Source: an uncultured Verrucomicrobiae bacterium
GTDB lineage: Bacteria; Verrucomicrobiota; Verrucomicrobiia; Chthoniobacterales; JAATET01
Assembly (NCBI GenBank): GCA_963719495.1
Contig: CAVRCI010000004.1
Location: forward strand, 192,001 to 256,000
Length of the DNA: 64,000 bases
Direction of reading: 5' to 3'
The position numbers and the translations under genes were made by a program. Shown piece by piece: positions 27,830 through 37,140 of this stretch (position 1 is the stretch's first letter; every line of letters begins with the position of its first letter). The notes under the pieces were generated by a model that saw only the letters and a program-made list of their open reading frames with translations, made no database searches and had not been told where the DNA came from.

Positions 27830-29943
27830 GGGCGTTTCAACGAACGGCGGATTTGCCGCGGGAGGCGGCTTCGTTTCGGCAGGCGATTTTTCTGGCGACG
27901 GGGGTGGGGATCACGTTTGCGGGGACTTGGTTGCTGGTGGAGACCTTTCTCGAGGAGGGGATGAGTGGGACGGAGTGGGCGCTGCTGGGACTGTTCGTCG
28001 TGCTGTTTGGCCAGCTGGCGTTTGGGTTCACCATCGCCTTTTGGGGATTCGTCGTGCGGGTGGCGGGCGGTGATTCCTTCGAGGTGATGCGGACGCTGCC
28101 GGAGGACGCGGGCGGGGTGGAGCCGGCGTCGACGGCGGTGGTGATGCCGGTGTTCAACGAGGAGCCGGGGCGGGTTTTCCGGGCGGTGGAGAAGATGTTC
28201 GAGTCCGTGGAGGCGACGGGGCGCGGGGCGGCTTTCGATTTTTTTGTGCTGAGCGATTCGAACAATCCGGACAACTGGATCCAGGAGGAATGCGCGTGGG
28301 TGGATTTGTGCACGCGGCTGTCGGCGTGGGGGCGGGTGTTTTACCGGAAGCGGCGGGTGTCGCTGCACGGGAAAAGCGGGAACGTCGCGGACTTCTGCCG
28401 ACGCTGGGGCCGGCGCTACCGCTACGTCATCATCCTCGACGCGGACAGCGTGATGGAGGGGGAGACGCTGCTGCGGCTGGCCTCGGTGATGGACGCGAAT
28501 CCGCGGGTCGGGATCGTGCAGACGCAGCCGGCGATCGTGCGGGGGACTTCGCTGCTGCAGCGGCTGATCCAGTTTTCGACCCGGTCGGTCGGGCCGCTCT
28601 TCGCGGCGGGATCGAATTTCTGGCACCTCGGCGGATCGAGCTACTGGGGGCACAACGCGATCATTCGGCTGCAGCCTTTCATGGAGCATTGCGTGCTGCC
28701 GGAGCTACCGGGGCGGAGCGCGAAGGAGCGACACATTCTGAGTCACGACACGGTCGAGGCGGCGCTCATGCAGCAGGCGGGTTACGAAGTGTGGTTCGCC
28801 TACCGGGAGGGTGGGTCGTTCGAGGAGGGGCCGCCGAATCTGACGGAGAGCTTCCAGCGGGACCGGCGGTGGTGTCAGGGGAACCTCCAACACTTTTGGT
28901 TTTTGGTGGCGCCGGGGACGCCGTTCACCAGCCGGGTTCACATTTTCTTTGGATTGATGGCTTATCTGTCCGCGCCGTTGCTGGTGGTCTTCGTGGCGCT
29001 GAGCGCGGTGGATTATTATTGGAAAACGCAGTTCGCGACGTTCTCGGCGAAGGCGGGTGAGGTCGGCTGGGAGGCGGCGGGGCCGGCGGGGGCGTTGCTG
29101 CTCGCGGGCACGTTGGTGCTTTTGTTTCTACCGAAAGTTTTGGGGACGGCTTGGCTGCTAGGGGACGCGAAGCGGTTTGGTGGTGGGATTGGGGTTGTGC
29201 TGAGCGGGGTGATCGAGACGGCGTTCTCGGTGCTGCTGGCTCCGATCTACCTGTATTTCTACAGCAAGTTCGTGTTGCTGACGGTGCTGGGCCTGCGGGT
29301 GGATTGGAAAACTCAGAAGCGGACCGGATCGGCTTTGGCGCTCGGGAGCGCGGTGCGGGACTACGCCGAGCCGACGATCCTCGGCGTGGCGATGACCATT
29401 CTTGCGGCGATCTGGACGCCGGGGTTGGTGCCTTGGCTGTCGCCGATTTTGTTTGGGTGGGTTTTCGCGATCCCGCTGGCGCTGCTGACGAGCTCGGATC
29501 GGGTTGGGGGTTGGTTGCGGGAGCGCGGGTTGCTGTTGATCCCGGAGGAACGGGACGTTCCGGGAATTCTGAAGGGGCTCGACGAGCGGCCGCCAGCGTT
29601 GGATCGGCCGGGGGCGTTGGAAAACGTTTCGCGTTTCGGTTTGCTGCAGGTGGTCGTGGCCCCGCCCATCAACGCGATCCACGTCTCGATGTTGCGCCGC
29701 TCGAAGGTGGTGGCGCGCCACAGGGAGAAGCAGATGGCGCGATTGCGGGTGAGGCTGCTGACCGAGGGGCCCGACGCTCTGGAGCGTCGGGAGCTGATGG
29801 CGCTCTTGTGGGACCCGGCGGCGATTTCGGAGATTCATCGCGAGGTCTGGCGGATGCCGGAAGAGCGGCTGCATCCCTGGTGGAAATACGCGATGCATCA
29901 CTACAACGAGGCTTCGGCGTCGTTGGCGCGGCGGGTGGGGTAA
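27826..29943 (+). CDS. opgH: Glucans biosynthesis glucosyltransferase H
   Basis: VMPVFNEEP, KSGNVADFCRRWG, LDADS, YWGHNAIIR, LSHDTVEAA, RDRRWCQGNLQH motifs. Confidence 0.95.
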   Translation: MRAFQRTADLPREAASFRQAIFLATGVGITFAGTWLLVETFLEEGMSGTEWALLGLFVVLFGQLAFGFTIAFWGFVVRVAGGDSFEVMRTLPEDAGGVEPASTAVVMPVFNEEPGRVFRAVEKMFESVEATGRGAAFDFFVLSDSNNPDNWIQEECAWVDLCTRLSAWGRVFYRKRRVSLHGKSGNVADFCRRWGRRYRYVIILDADSVMEGETLLRLASVMDANPRVGIVQTQPAIVRGTSLLQRLIQFSTRSVGPLFAAGSNFWHLGGSSYWGHNAIIRLQPFMEHCVLPELPGRSAKERHILSHDTVEAALMQQAGYEVWFAYREGGSFEEGPPNLTESFQRDRRWCQGNLQHFWFLVAPGTPFTSRVHIFFGLMAYLSAPLLVVFVALSAVDYYWKTQFATFSAKAGEVGWEAAGPAGALLLAGTLVLLFLPKVLGTAWLLGDAKRFGGGIGVVLSGVIETAFSVLLAPIYLYFYSKFVLLTVLGLRVDWKTQKRTGSALALGSAVRDYAEPTILGVAMTILAAIWTPGLVPWLSPILFGWVFAIPLALLTSSDRVGGWLRERGLLLIPEERDVPGILKGLDERPPALDRPGALENVSRFGLLQVVVAPPINAIHVSMLRRSKVVARHREKQMARLRVRLLTEGPDALERRELMALLWDPAAISEIHREVWRMPEERLHPWWKYAMHHYNEASASLARRVG

Positions 29944-29960
29944 GCGGAACTGGGGGGATG

Positions 29961-30173
29961 CGGATGGGGAAGGGCTGCCCGCCAGGGCGCGGGCTCCGGG
30001 GGATGGGCTTCGCCTTTTCAAAGGACGCGCTTCGCGCGGTGCCGGTCGAACTTCGTTCTCATCCCTCGGATGGGGAGGGATTGCCCGCCAAGGCGCGGGC
30101 TCCGGGGGATGGGCTTCGCCTTATATCTCGAGCGCGCTTCGCGCAACGCCGGTCGAACTCCGTTCTCATCCCT
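29961..30173 (-). repeat. Two tRNA-linked tandem repeats (106 and 107 bp)
   Basis: Units 29961-30066 and 30067-30173; on the minus strand each ends in a copy of the tRNA-Ser 3' end. Confidence 0.9.
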
Positions 30174-30258
30174 CGGATGGGGAGGGATTCGAACCCTCGG
30201 TGAGTTGCCCCACACACGCTTTCCAAGCGAGCGCATTCGACCACTCTGCCACCCATCC
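30174..30258 (-). tRNA. tRNA-Ser (GGA)
   Basis: GGATGGG-TG-GCAGAGTGGTCGAATGC-G-CTCGC-TT-GGA-AA-GCGTG, long variable arm, GAGGG-TTCGAAT-CCCTC-CCCATCC-G; CCA not encoded; one U-U mismatch in the anticodon stem. Confidence 0.95.
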
Positions 30259-30392
30259 ATTGGAGGAAAGACGGAAAGTAGGAGGTGGGGCGGCGGAATG
30301 CAATCCCGTTGATTCTGAACACCCGTTTTCTCGGAATAATTCATTGCGCGCTGGGGCGAACCGATGCACTTGTATAAGCAGAGCTAATATCT

Positions 30393-32174
30393 ATGAGCAC
30401 TGCCACTGCCGATCCCCATTCCGCAACCGCCCACGAGGCGCACGATCACAAGAAGCCGAATTGGTTTTTCCACTACATCTGGTCCTACGATCACAAAATG
30501 ATCGGTCTGCAGTATCTGTGGACGGCGCTTTTCTTCCTTCTGGTGGGCGGTGGACTCGCGATGGGTGTTCGCTACCAACTCGGTTTCCCGGGCGCGAAGA
30601 TTCCGATCATCGGCGATTTCCTGCCGGCTACGTTGGCCATCGAGGGCGCGATTGTCCCGGGTGGGTACAACATGTTGGTGACGATGCACGCGACGGTGAT
30701 GGTGTTTCTCGTCGTGATGCCGCTGCTCATTGGCGCCTTTGGTAACTACCTGATTCCGTTGAAGATCGGGGCGGGGGACATGGCATTTCCGCTGCTGAAC
30801 GAGCTGAGCTACTGGCTCTACGTCGCGTCCGGCATCATCCTGATGGCTGCATTCTTCGTTCCGGGTGGTGGGCCATCCTCGGGATGGACGTCCTACGCAC
30901 CGTTGAGTACGGTCGAGGCATACAATCAGACGCGGATCGGGCAAAGCCTGTGGGCGATCGGTATTTTCATCAACGGCTTGTCGTCCATCGCGGGAGCGTC
31001 GAACTACATCACGACGATTGTGAACATGCGGGCACCGGGCATGGGAATGTTCCGGTTACCGCTGTCGGTCTGGTCTCTGTTCATCACGGCGATCCTGCTG
31101 ATCCTGGCTGTGCCGATTCTGTCGGCTGCGGGTGCGATGCTGTTCTTCGACCTGAACTACAACACGAATTTCTTCGTTCCGGTGCGCGATGGCGTGCTCA
31201 CGGGCGGTCAGCCGTTGCTCTGGCAGCATCTCTTCTGGTTCTTCGGGCACCCGGAGGTTTACATCATGATCCTGCCCGCAATGGGCCTCGTGTCGGAAAT
31301 CATCCCGGTCTTCTCGCGAAAGCCGATCTTTGGTTACAAGGCGATGGTTTACGCGATGGGAGCGATCGGATTCCTCGGTTTCATCGTGTGGGGTCACCAC
31401 ATGTTCGTGAGCGGCATGAACCTCACGCTGAGCGCCGTCTTCTCGATTTCGACGATGGTCATCGCGGTGCCGTCGGCGATCAAGACGTTCAACTGGCTGG
31501 GGACGGTCTGGAAAGGTTCGATCGAATTTACGACACCGATGTGTTTCGCGCTGGCGTTCGTTTCGATGTTCGTGATCGGCGGATTGAGCGGAATCTTCAT
31601 GGCCTCGACGCCGGTGGATCTGTTCGTTCACCACACCTATTTCATCGTCGCGCACATCCACTACGTGCTCTTCGGCGGGAGTATCTTCGCGATTTTCGCT
31701 TCGATTTACTTCTATTTCCCGAAGATGTTCGGGCGAATGTACGACGAAAAGCTCGGCATGATCCACTTCGTGCTGACGTTCATTTTTTTCAACCTGACCT
31801 TCTTCCCGATGCACAACCTCGGGCTCGGTGGAATGATGCGGCGCATCGCGGATCCGACGGTCTACGAGCATCTGCGCCAGCTACAGCCGCTGAATCAGCT
31901 CTGCACGATCGGGGCGTTTGGCCTCGGGCTGACGCTCATCCCGTTCTTCTGGAACGTCATTGTGAGCCTGCGGAGTGGTGCGAAAGCTCCGAACAATCCG
32001 TGGAACGCCAACACGTTGGAATGGACGGTGCCATCGCCTCCGGGACACGGCAATTTCCCGGTGACGCCGACGGTTTACAATGGTCCCTACGAATACAGCG
32101 TGCCCGGTATGGAAAGGGACTTCCTGCCGCAGAACGAGGTGGCTCCGGCTGATGCGCGCCTGGAGGCGCACTGA
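30393..32174 (+). CDS. ctaD: Cytochrome c oxidase subunit I (A1-type)
   Basis: DHKMIG, WFFGHPEVY, VWGHHMF, VAHIHY, GMMRRI motifs. Confidence 0.96.
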   Translation: MSTATADPHSATAHEAHDHKKPNWFFHYIWSYDHKMIGLQYLWTALFFLLVGGGLAMGVRYQLGFPGAKIPIIGDFLPATLAIEGAIVPGGYNMLVTMHATVMVFLVVMPLLIGAFGNYLIPLKIGAGDMAFPLLNELSYWLYVASGIILMAAFFVPGGGPSSGWTSYAPLSTVEAYNQTRIGQSLWAIGIFINGLSSIAGASNYITTIVNMRAPGMGMFRLPLSVWSLFITAILLILAVPILSAAGAMLFFDLNYNTNFFVPVRDGVLTGGQPLLWQHLFWFFGHPEVYIMILPAMGLVSEIIPVFSRKPIFGYKAMVYAMGAIGFLGFIVWGHHMFVSGMNLTLSAVFSISTMVIAVPSAIKTFNWLGTVWKGSIEFTTPMCFALAFVSMFVIGGLSGIFMASTPVDLFVHHTYFIVAHIHYVLFGGSIFAIFASIYFYFPKMFGRMYDEKLGMIHFVLTFIFFNLTFFPMHNLGLGGMMRRIADPTVYEHLRQLQPLNQLCTIGAFGLGLTLIPFFWNVIVSLRSGAKAPNNPWNANTLEWTVPSPPGHGNFPVTPTVYNGPYEYSVPGMERDFLPQNEVAPADARLEAH

Positions 32175-32182
32175 GGGGCTCC

Positions 32183-33250
32183 TTGAACGTGAACGCGGAG
32201 CATCGCGGTATCGGGTGGGGTCGGTTGGGACTGCATTTCTTTGCGATCCTGACAACTCTGGCGACGTTCGTGTTGCTGGCGAGTGGGGGACTCGTGACCT
32301 CGCACGGGGTCGGGATGGCGGTGCCGGACTGGCCGACCTCGTTCGGATACAACATGTTCGCGCTGCCGTGGGACCGCTGGGTCGGCGGGGTCTTCTACGA
32401 GCATTTCCACCGGGTTTTGGCGAGTGTGATCGGCGTTCTCACCGTAGGTCTGGCGGTTTGGACCTTTCTGCTCGATCGGCGGGGTTGGGTTCGGAATCTC
32501 GCGATCATTGCGGTGGTGGTTGTGGTGGTGCAGGGGATTCTCGGTGGCTGGCGGGTGCTGGCGGTTCGGAACGAGATCGGAATTTTTCACGGCATGCTGG
32601 CGCAGGCCTTTTTCGTCCTGCTTGGAGTGATCGCGGTGGTGACGAGTCCGAGCTGGCTGCGCGGTCGGTGGGCACCGGGCGCGAGGGTCGGGGCGCTCCG
32701 GTGGGTGGCTCTCGGATTGACGGTCACCGTCTTCGTGCAGCTCGGGGTGGCCGCGACAATGCGCCACGCGCACGCGGGGTTGTCGATCCCGGATTTTCCA
32801 CTCGCCTACGGTCAGGTGATCCCGGACACGAGTCCGGCGGCGGTGGCGGCGATCAACGAAGCCCGCTACGCGGCGACCGAGATGCCGACCACGGCAGGGC
32901 TCATCTGGCTGCAGATGGCGCATCGGGGGATGGCGGTTTTGATCGCAGCGGGAGTTGGGCTGCTGGCTTGGATGGCTTTTCGTTCGGCGCAGGCAACGGT
33001 CGCGGTGCGGTGGTGGGGTGTCGTCTTGGTCGGAATGATCGTCGGGCAGATCGTGCTGGGTGCTTACACGATCTGGACGGACAAGGCGGCGGATGTCGCG
33101 ACGGCGCACATGGCGCTCGGGGCTCTGACCCTTTTCGTTTGCGGATTGCTGACGTTTCGTTTGTTCGCCATGGAGCGCGAACGACGTCTTCCTGAGGTCC
33201 CGACATCGTTCGAACCCGCTCGGTCCGAGCCGGTGGAGGTGGCGGCGTGA
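32183..33250 (+). CDS. ctaA: Heme A synthase (COX15/CtaA family)
   Basis: GMAVPDWP, EHFHR, QGILGG.RV, FHG.LAQ, HR and AH motifs. Confidence 0.88.
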   Translation: MNVNAEHRGIGWGRLGLHFFAILTTLATFVLLASGGLVTSHGVGMAVPDWPTSFGYNMFALPWDRWVGGVFYEHFHRVLASVIGVLTVGLAVWTFLLDRRGWVRNLAIIAVVVVVVQGILGGWRVLAVRNEIGIFHGMLAQAFFVLLGVIAVVTSPSWLRGRWAPGARVGALRWVALGLTVTVFVQLGVAATMRHAHAGLSIPDFPLAYGQVIPDTSPAAVAAINEARYAATEMPTTAGLIWLQMAHRGMAVLIAAGVGLLAWMAFRSAQATVAVRWWGVVLVGMIVGQIVLGAYTIWTDKAADVATAHMALGALTLFVCGLLTFRLFAMERERRLPEVPTSFEPARSEPVEVAA

Positions 33251-34230
33251 GGGATCGCCGGGCTCCCGTGCTGGAATCCGCCGGACTGAACGGGGGAACC
33301 TCCGTCGATGCGGACGGGAAATTTCACTCCACGAGTCCTGACGGAATCGATTCCAACGACCAGAAGGCGAGCCTGCTTTCGGACCTCTGCGAGCTCGTGA
33401 AGGTGCGGTTGTCGCTGCTCGTGCTGGGCACGACCTTCGTGGGTTATCTGCTGGGGTTGGGGGCGGCACCGGTCAATCTGCTGCTGATGGCGGCGACTTT
33501 GATCGGGACGGCTTTGAGTGCCTGCGGCGCTTCGGCTTTGAATCAGTGGTGGGAGCGCGAGCATGACGCCGGGATGGAGCGGACCCGCGACCGCCCGTTG
33601 CCGGCGGGTCGGATGCACGCGAACGACGCGCTGATGCTGGGGGTGTTCTCGTGCGCGGTCGGCGTGGTCTGCGTGGGCGTGCTCGTGAACTGGCTGACGG
33701 CGGTGCTGGCGGTGCTGACGATTGTGACTTACGTGGTGGTCTACACGCCGATGAAGCGGGTGACGGATCTCAACACTTTGGTCGGAGCGGTGCCCGGCGC
33801 ACTGCCTCCGCTGATCGGCTGGACGGCGGCGACGGGTCAGGCCGGGCTCGGGGGCTGGGTCCTCTTTGGGATTTTGTGGTTCTGGCAGATGCCGCACTTC
33901 CTGGCGATCGCCTGGATGTACAAGGACGAATACGCGGGGGCGGGTTACGTGATGCTGACGGGCAAGGACGCCGATGGGTTCGCGACTTCGCGGCAGAGCG
34001 TCCTTTATGCGGGTTGTCTGCTGGTGATCAGTCTGCTGCCGGGGGTGATCGGTTTGAACACGGTGGTGTATTTTTTCGGAGCGTTTGTTTTGGGGATTGG
34101 GTTCGTGGCGCTGGCCGTGAATTTCCTGCGATTGCGGACGCGGACGGCGGCTCGGACGTTGTTTTTCGGTTCGATCATTTATCTGCCATTGCTGCTCGGG
34201 TTGCTGATCGCGACGCGGGCGGGGGGATGA
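33247..34230 (+). CDS. ctaB: Protoheme IX farnesyltransferase (heme O synthase)
   Basis: N..WERE.D..MERTRDRPLP.G, YTPMKR, GALPPLIGW, WQMPHF motifs. Confidence 0.95.
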   Translation: MRDRRAPVLESAGLNGGTSVDADGKFHSTSPDGIDSNDQKASLLSDLCELVKVRLSLLVLGTTFVGYLLGLGAAPVNLLLMAATLIGTALSACGASALNQWWEREHDAGMERTRDRPLPAGRMHANDALMLGVFSCAVGVVCVGVLVNWLTAVLAVLTIVTYVVVYTPMKRVTDLNTLVGAVPGALPPLIGWTAATGQAGLGGWVLFGILWFWQMPHFLAIAWMYKDEYAGAGYVMLTGKDADGFATSRQSVLYAGCLLVISLLPGVIGLNTVVYFFGAFVLGIGFVALAVNFLRLRTRTAARTLFFGSIIYLPLLLGLLIATRAGG

Positions 34231-34233
34231 GGA

Positions 34234-34356
34234 ATGAAGCGGGGATTGCGACAACGAAACTGGATCCTGATCCTGCTCGTTTGGGTGGCCGCGGTGGTTT
34301 TGTTGATGGCCGTGATTCTGTGGAAGTTGTACGCCGCCGGCCCGGTGATTCCTTGA
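34234..34356 (+). CDS. Small single-TM protein (40 aa), not in ORF track
   Basis: MKRGLRQRNWILILLVWVAAVVLLMAVILWKLYAAGPVIP*; preceded by GAGGA; fills the gap between ctaB and ctaE. Confidence 0.6.
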   Translation: MKRGLRQRNWILILLVWVAAVVLLMAVILWKLYAAGPVIP

Positions 34357-34396
34357 CGACGCCCGGATTTTTTCAGCTTATTACCAACTCGAATTC

Positions 34397-35050
34397 ATGA
34401 GCACTGCCGCACTGACCCACGACCACGCCGAACCCGAGGGAGCTTCTCCCGCCACCTCCAAGATGGGCATGGTCATCTTCCTGATCTCGGAAGCGATGCT
34501 CTTCGCTGGATTGATCGCGGCCTACATCGTGTTGCGCGGGCCGGCGAGTGTCTGGCCGCCGGAAGGTGCGCCGGACATCGGTCTGGTATTCCCTCCGAAC
34601 CTTTTGAACTGGGTGATGATCGTGAACTCGGTCATCCTGATCTCGAGTAGTTTCGCGTTGCACTTTTCCGAGGTGCAGATCGCCAAACACGGGAAGTCGG
34701 GTCTGCCGATGTTGGCGCTGACGATTCTATTGGGTTCGATCTTCCTAAGTGTTCAGGCGTGGGAGTGGATGCACCTCAAACACGAAGGCATGTGGTTCCC
34801 CGGCTTTGGTGAGGGCGAACACGCCGGGCAGCTGTTTGGCATCTATGGAACGACGTTTTTCGTGACGACGGGCTTTCACGGTCTGCACGTGTTTGTCGGT
34901 CTGCTGCTGTTGGTGTGGTGCTTTCTCAAGCAGCTCTTCACGCGGTGCTACACCCGGGAGCGGCACATTTCGTTGAACAACGTGAGTCTCTACTGGCACT
35001 TCGTGGACGTGGTCTGGATCGTGGTTTACTTCGCGCTCTACGTCGTTTGA
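34397..35050 (+). CDS. ctaE: Cytochrome c oxidase subunit III
   Basis: GMVIFLISEAMLF, TTGFHGLHV, YWHFVDVVW motifs. Confidence 0.93.
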   Translation: MSTAALTHDHAEPEGASPATSKMGMVIFLISEAMLFAGLIAAYIVLRGPASVWPPEGAPDIGLVFPPNLLNWVMIVNSVILISSSFALHFSEVQIAKHGKSGLPMLALTILLGSIFLSVQAWEWMHLKHEGMWFPGFGEGEHAGQLFGIYGTTFFVTTGFHGLHVFVGLLLLVWCFLKQLFTRCYTRERHISLNNVSLYWHFVDVVWIVVYFALYVV

Positions 35051-35063
35051 TCGGTTGGACGAA

Positions 35064-35708
35064 ATGACGGATTCACCGCGCCGGATCCCGCGGCTGGGCT
35101 GGGCGATCGCCTTCGTGGTGGCCGTGACGTTGATTGGAGTGACGTGGGTGCAGCTCAAGCAGACGACTCCAGCTTCGGAGGATCTGGAGGTGCTGGCGAC
35201 CGTCCCGGAGTTTTCGTTCACCGACCAGACCGGCTGGGCTTTTGGGTCGAAGGATTTGGAGGGCGACGTCTGGGTGGTGGACTTCATTTTCACGCGATGC
35301 GGCGGCCCGTGCCCGGTGATGACGAGTCGGATGGGGGAATTGCAATCGGCGCTCGAGCCGGTGATCCGCAAGACGGGCGGCGGAGTGCGCCTGGTCAGTG
35401 TGACGGTCGATCCCGAGCACGACACGCCGGAGGTGCTGCGCGCCTACGCGGACAAATACGGGGCGGACCCGGAGCTTTGGAAATTTCTGACGGGTGACCC
35501 GGCGGCGGTGACCGAGTTTGTGCGGAAGGGAATGCTGCAGCCGCTGGCGAAGGGGAGCGACGAGTTGCCGATTCACTCGCAGAGGTTTTTGGTGGTGGAT
35601 GCCGAGGGTCGAATTCGGAGTTACCACGACCTGAACGACGGCGAATTGATCCCCCAGCTTCTCATGGACATCGGCGGACTCATGCGCGAGCGTAACGGAT
35701 CGAGATGA
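35064..35708 (+). CDS. SCO1/SenC copper chaperone
   Basis: FIFTRCGGPCP (CxxxC), VTVDPEHDTP, IHS..F.VVD motifs. Confidence 0.93.
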   Translation: MTDSPRRIPRLGWAIAFVVAVTLIGVTWVQLKQTTPASEDLEVLATVPEFSFTDQTGWAFGSKDLEGDVWVVDFIFTRCGGPCPVMTSRMGELQSALEPVIRKTGGGVRLVSVTVDPEHDTPEVLRAYADKYGADPELWKFLTGDPAAVTEFVRKGMLQPLAKGSDELPIHSQRFLVVDAEGRIRSYHDLNDGELIPQLLMDIGGLMRERNGSR

Positions 35709-35998
35709 CGATGCAGCGGATAACAATGAAGATGGGACGCGGGATCAAAGTGGTGCTGGCCACGATGGTTTTGGCTGGTTCCGCTTGGTTTGGCGCGGTG
35801 CCGGCGGCGGCTTGTCCGGGGTGCCAGACGCAGGGGCAGGTGGTCGAATTGGACGAGCCCCAAACGGTGTCGGCGAGCATGGCGCTGTCGTGGAGCGTGT
35901 TGTTCTTGTTGATCGTGCTGGCCGGGGTGGGGGGATTTCTGGGGGTCTACATCAAGAAGACAGTGGCCCGGGTGGACCTGGAGAATGCGCGCCGGTGA
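35705..35998 (+). CDS. Small membrane protein with signal peptide and CxxC
   Basis: AAA-CPGC after a signal peptide, C-terminal TM; overlaps both neighbours by 4 bp. Confidence 0.7.
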   Translation: MTMQRITMKMGRGIKVVLATMVLAGSAWFGAVPAAACPGCQTQGQVVELDEPQTVSASMALSWSVLFLLIVLAGVGGFLGVYIKKTVARVDLENARR

Positions 35999-36405
35999 CG
36001 GCGGAAACCCGGTCAGGCCTGGAGCACCCCGGGGTGCTCGACGCTTGCGCGTTCGACGAGCGGAGTGGTCGAGCGGTCCTCGCGATGTTCGCGACGGAGC
36101 CTTGGGGGAATCAGCGAATGGCGTTGCTCGTGCAGGAGAAGCTGAACGCCTACGCGTCGTTCGTGCTCGATGGGGAGATGGCCGAGCAGATGCCGGAATT
36201 GGTGAGGAAACCCATGTGCATCCAGTTGCGGACGGTGCACGAGCCAGACGAGCGGGTGCTGGGATTCCTGCAGATGGTGCGGGAGCAGCTGGCCTTTCAG
36301 GACATCGAGTTCGAGACGGTTCTCATCGGCGAGGGCGAAGCTCCGGCGGAGGGAGTCTGTGGTTGCGGCACCGGGGGTGGTTGCTGCGGTGGTGGTGGTG
36401 GCTGA
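35995..36405 (+). CDS. Hypothetical protein (DUF6572-like) with Cys/Gly-rich tail
   Basis: VLD...L...W....LVQEKLNAY.SF.LDGEM pattern; tail VCGCGTGGGCC. Confidence 0.7.
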   Translation: MTAETRSGLEHPGVLDACAFDERSGRAVLAMFATEPWGNQRMALLVQEKLNAYASFVLDGEMAEQMPELVRKPMCIQLRTVHEPDERVLGFLQMVREQLAFQDIEFETVLIGEGEAPAEGVCGCGTGGGCCGGGGG

Positions 36406-36811
36406 TCGGTCGCCGAGCTGCCATTTCCTGCCGGCGGGGCAGATCGTCGCGAGCGAGCGATCGCGGGGAGGGTCGGATGATCGGAAGTCCTGGTTCGGAC
36501 GCGCTTCCGATCATCGCTCGAGACCGGCTTGCGTGGCAGTTGGCAGGCGTTTCCAAGACGCTGTAAATAAATCCAAGTGGGGTGGTAGCGTGCGTTCTCC
36601 GCACTGCTCGTCGGGCGGAAGTGCCGGTTTTCTATCAGTTCGCAGATGCCTCCCCGAAGGTAGGATTTGCAGTAATTGGTCGCCGGGTCGGCAGCATTGA
36701 GTTCGAGTCGTATCGTAGCCTCTGAAATTCAGCATGAAAGATGCGAAAATTCCCAATTCATAACAACTTATGCGTCAACTTTGTTTTCCGAAATATTGAC
36801 GGCGCGCAGTA

Positions 36812-36875
36812 TAACGGGACCGAGTAACCCCAGCCAGCGAAGCGGCTAAGGGTTGGCTGCAGCGCCTTGTTGGGC
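36812..36875 (-). other. attC site, 5' part (R'' GCCCAAC, L'' GCTGCAGC)
   Basis: Minus strand right after the toxin stop: GCCCAAC-AAGGC-GCTGCAGC-CAACCCTTAGCCG...; truncated at CCCGTTA. Confidence 0.8.
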
Positions 36876-36876
36876 C

Positions 36877-37140
36877 TCATTTGTAGTGCGTCCACATGCG
36901 TAGAACTTTCACAATCTTCTGTTCGCCGATCACTTGGTAAACCAGTCGATGTTGAATGTTGATACGTCTGGAATATGCTCCTGCGAGATCACCAACAAGT
37001 AGTTCAAACGGGGGCGGGGATCTGAATGGATCTTCCGAAAGAATCTCTATTAGATCTTCCGCCTTTGAGCGATGTTGGGATCGGCTGAGTTTCTTGGCAT
37101 CCTTCTGAGCTTGTTTCGTGTAAACGAGGGTAAAGGTCAC
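36877..37140 (-). CDS. yoeB: Txe/YoeB family toxin
   Basis: YTKQAQKDAKKL, L.GDLAGAYSRRINIQHRLVYQV, RMWTHY; GTGA overlap with the antitoxin. Confidence 0.93.
   Translation of the reverse strand: MTFTLVYTKQAQKDAKKLSRSQHRSKAEDLIEILSEDPFRSPPPFELLVGDLAGAYSRRINIQHRLVYQVIGEQKIVKVLRMWTHYK

Noticed and set aside
29961..30173. Considered as a CRISPR array or prophage attR
   Set aside because: Whole units are homologous, so there are no unique spacers; no cas or integrase genes.
36759..36772. dif-like site (CGCATAA/TTATG arms)
   Set aside because: Spacer is 4 bp rather than 6 and the XerD arm is poor.
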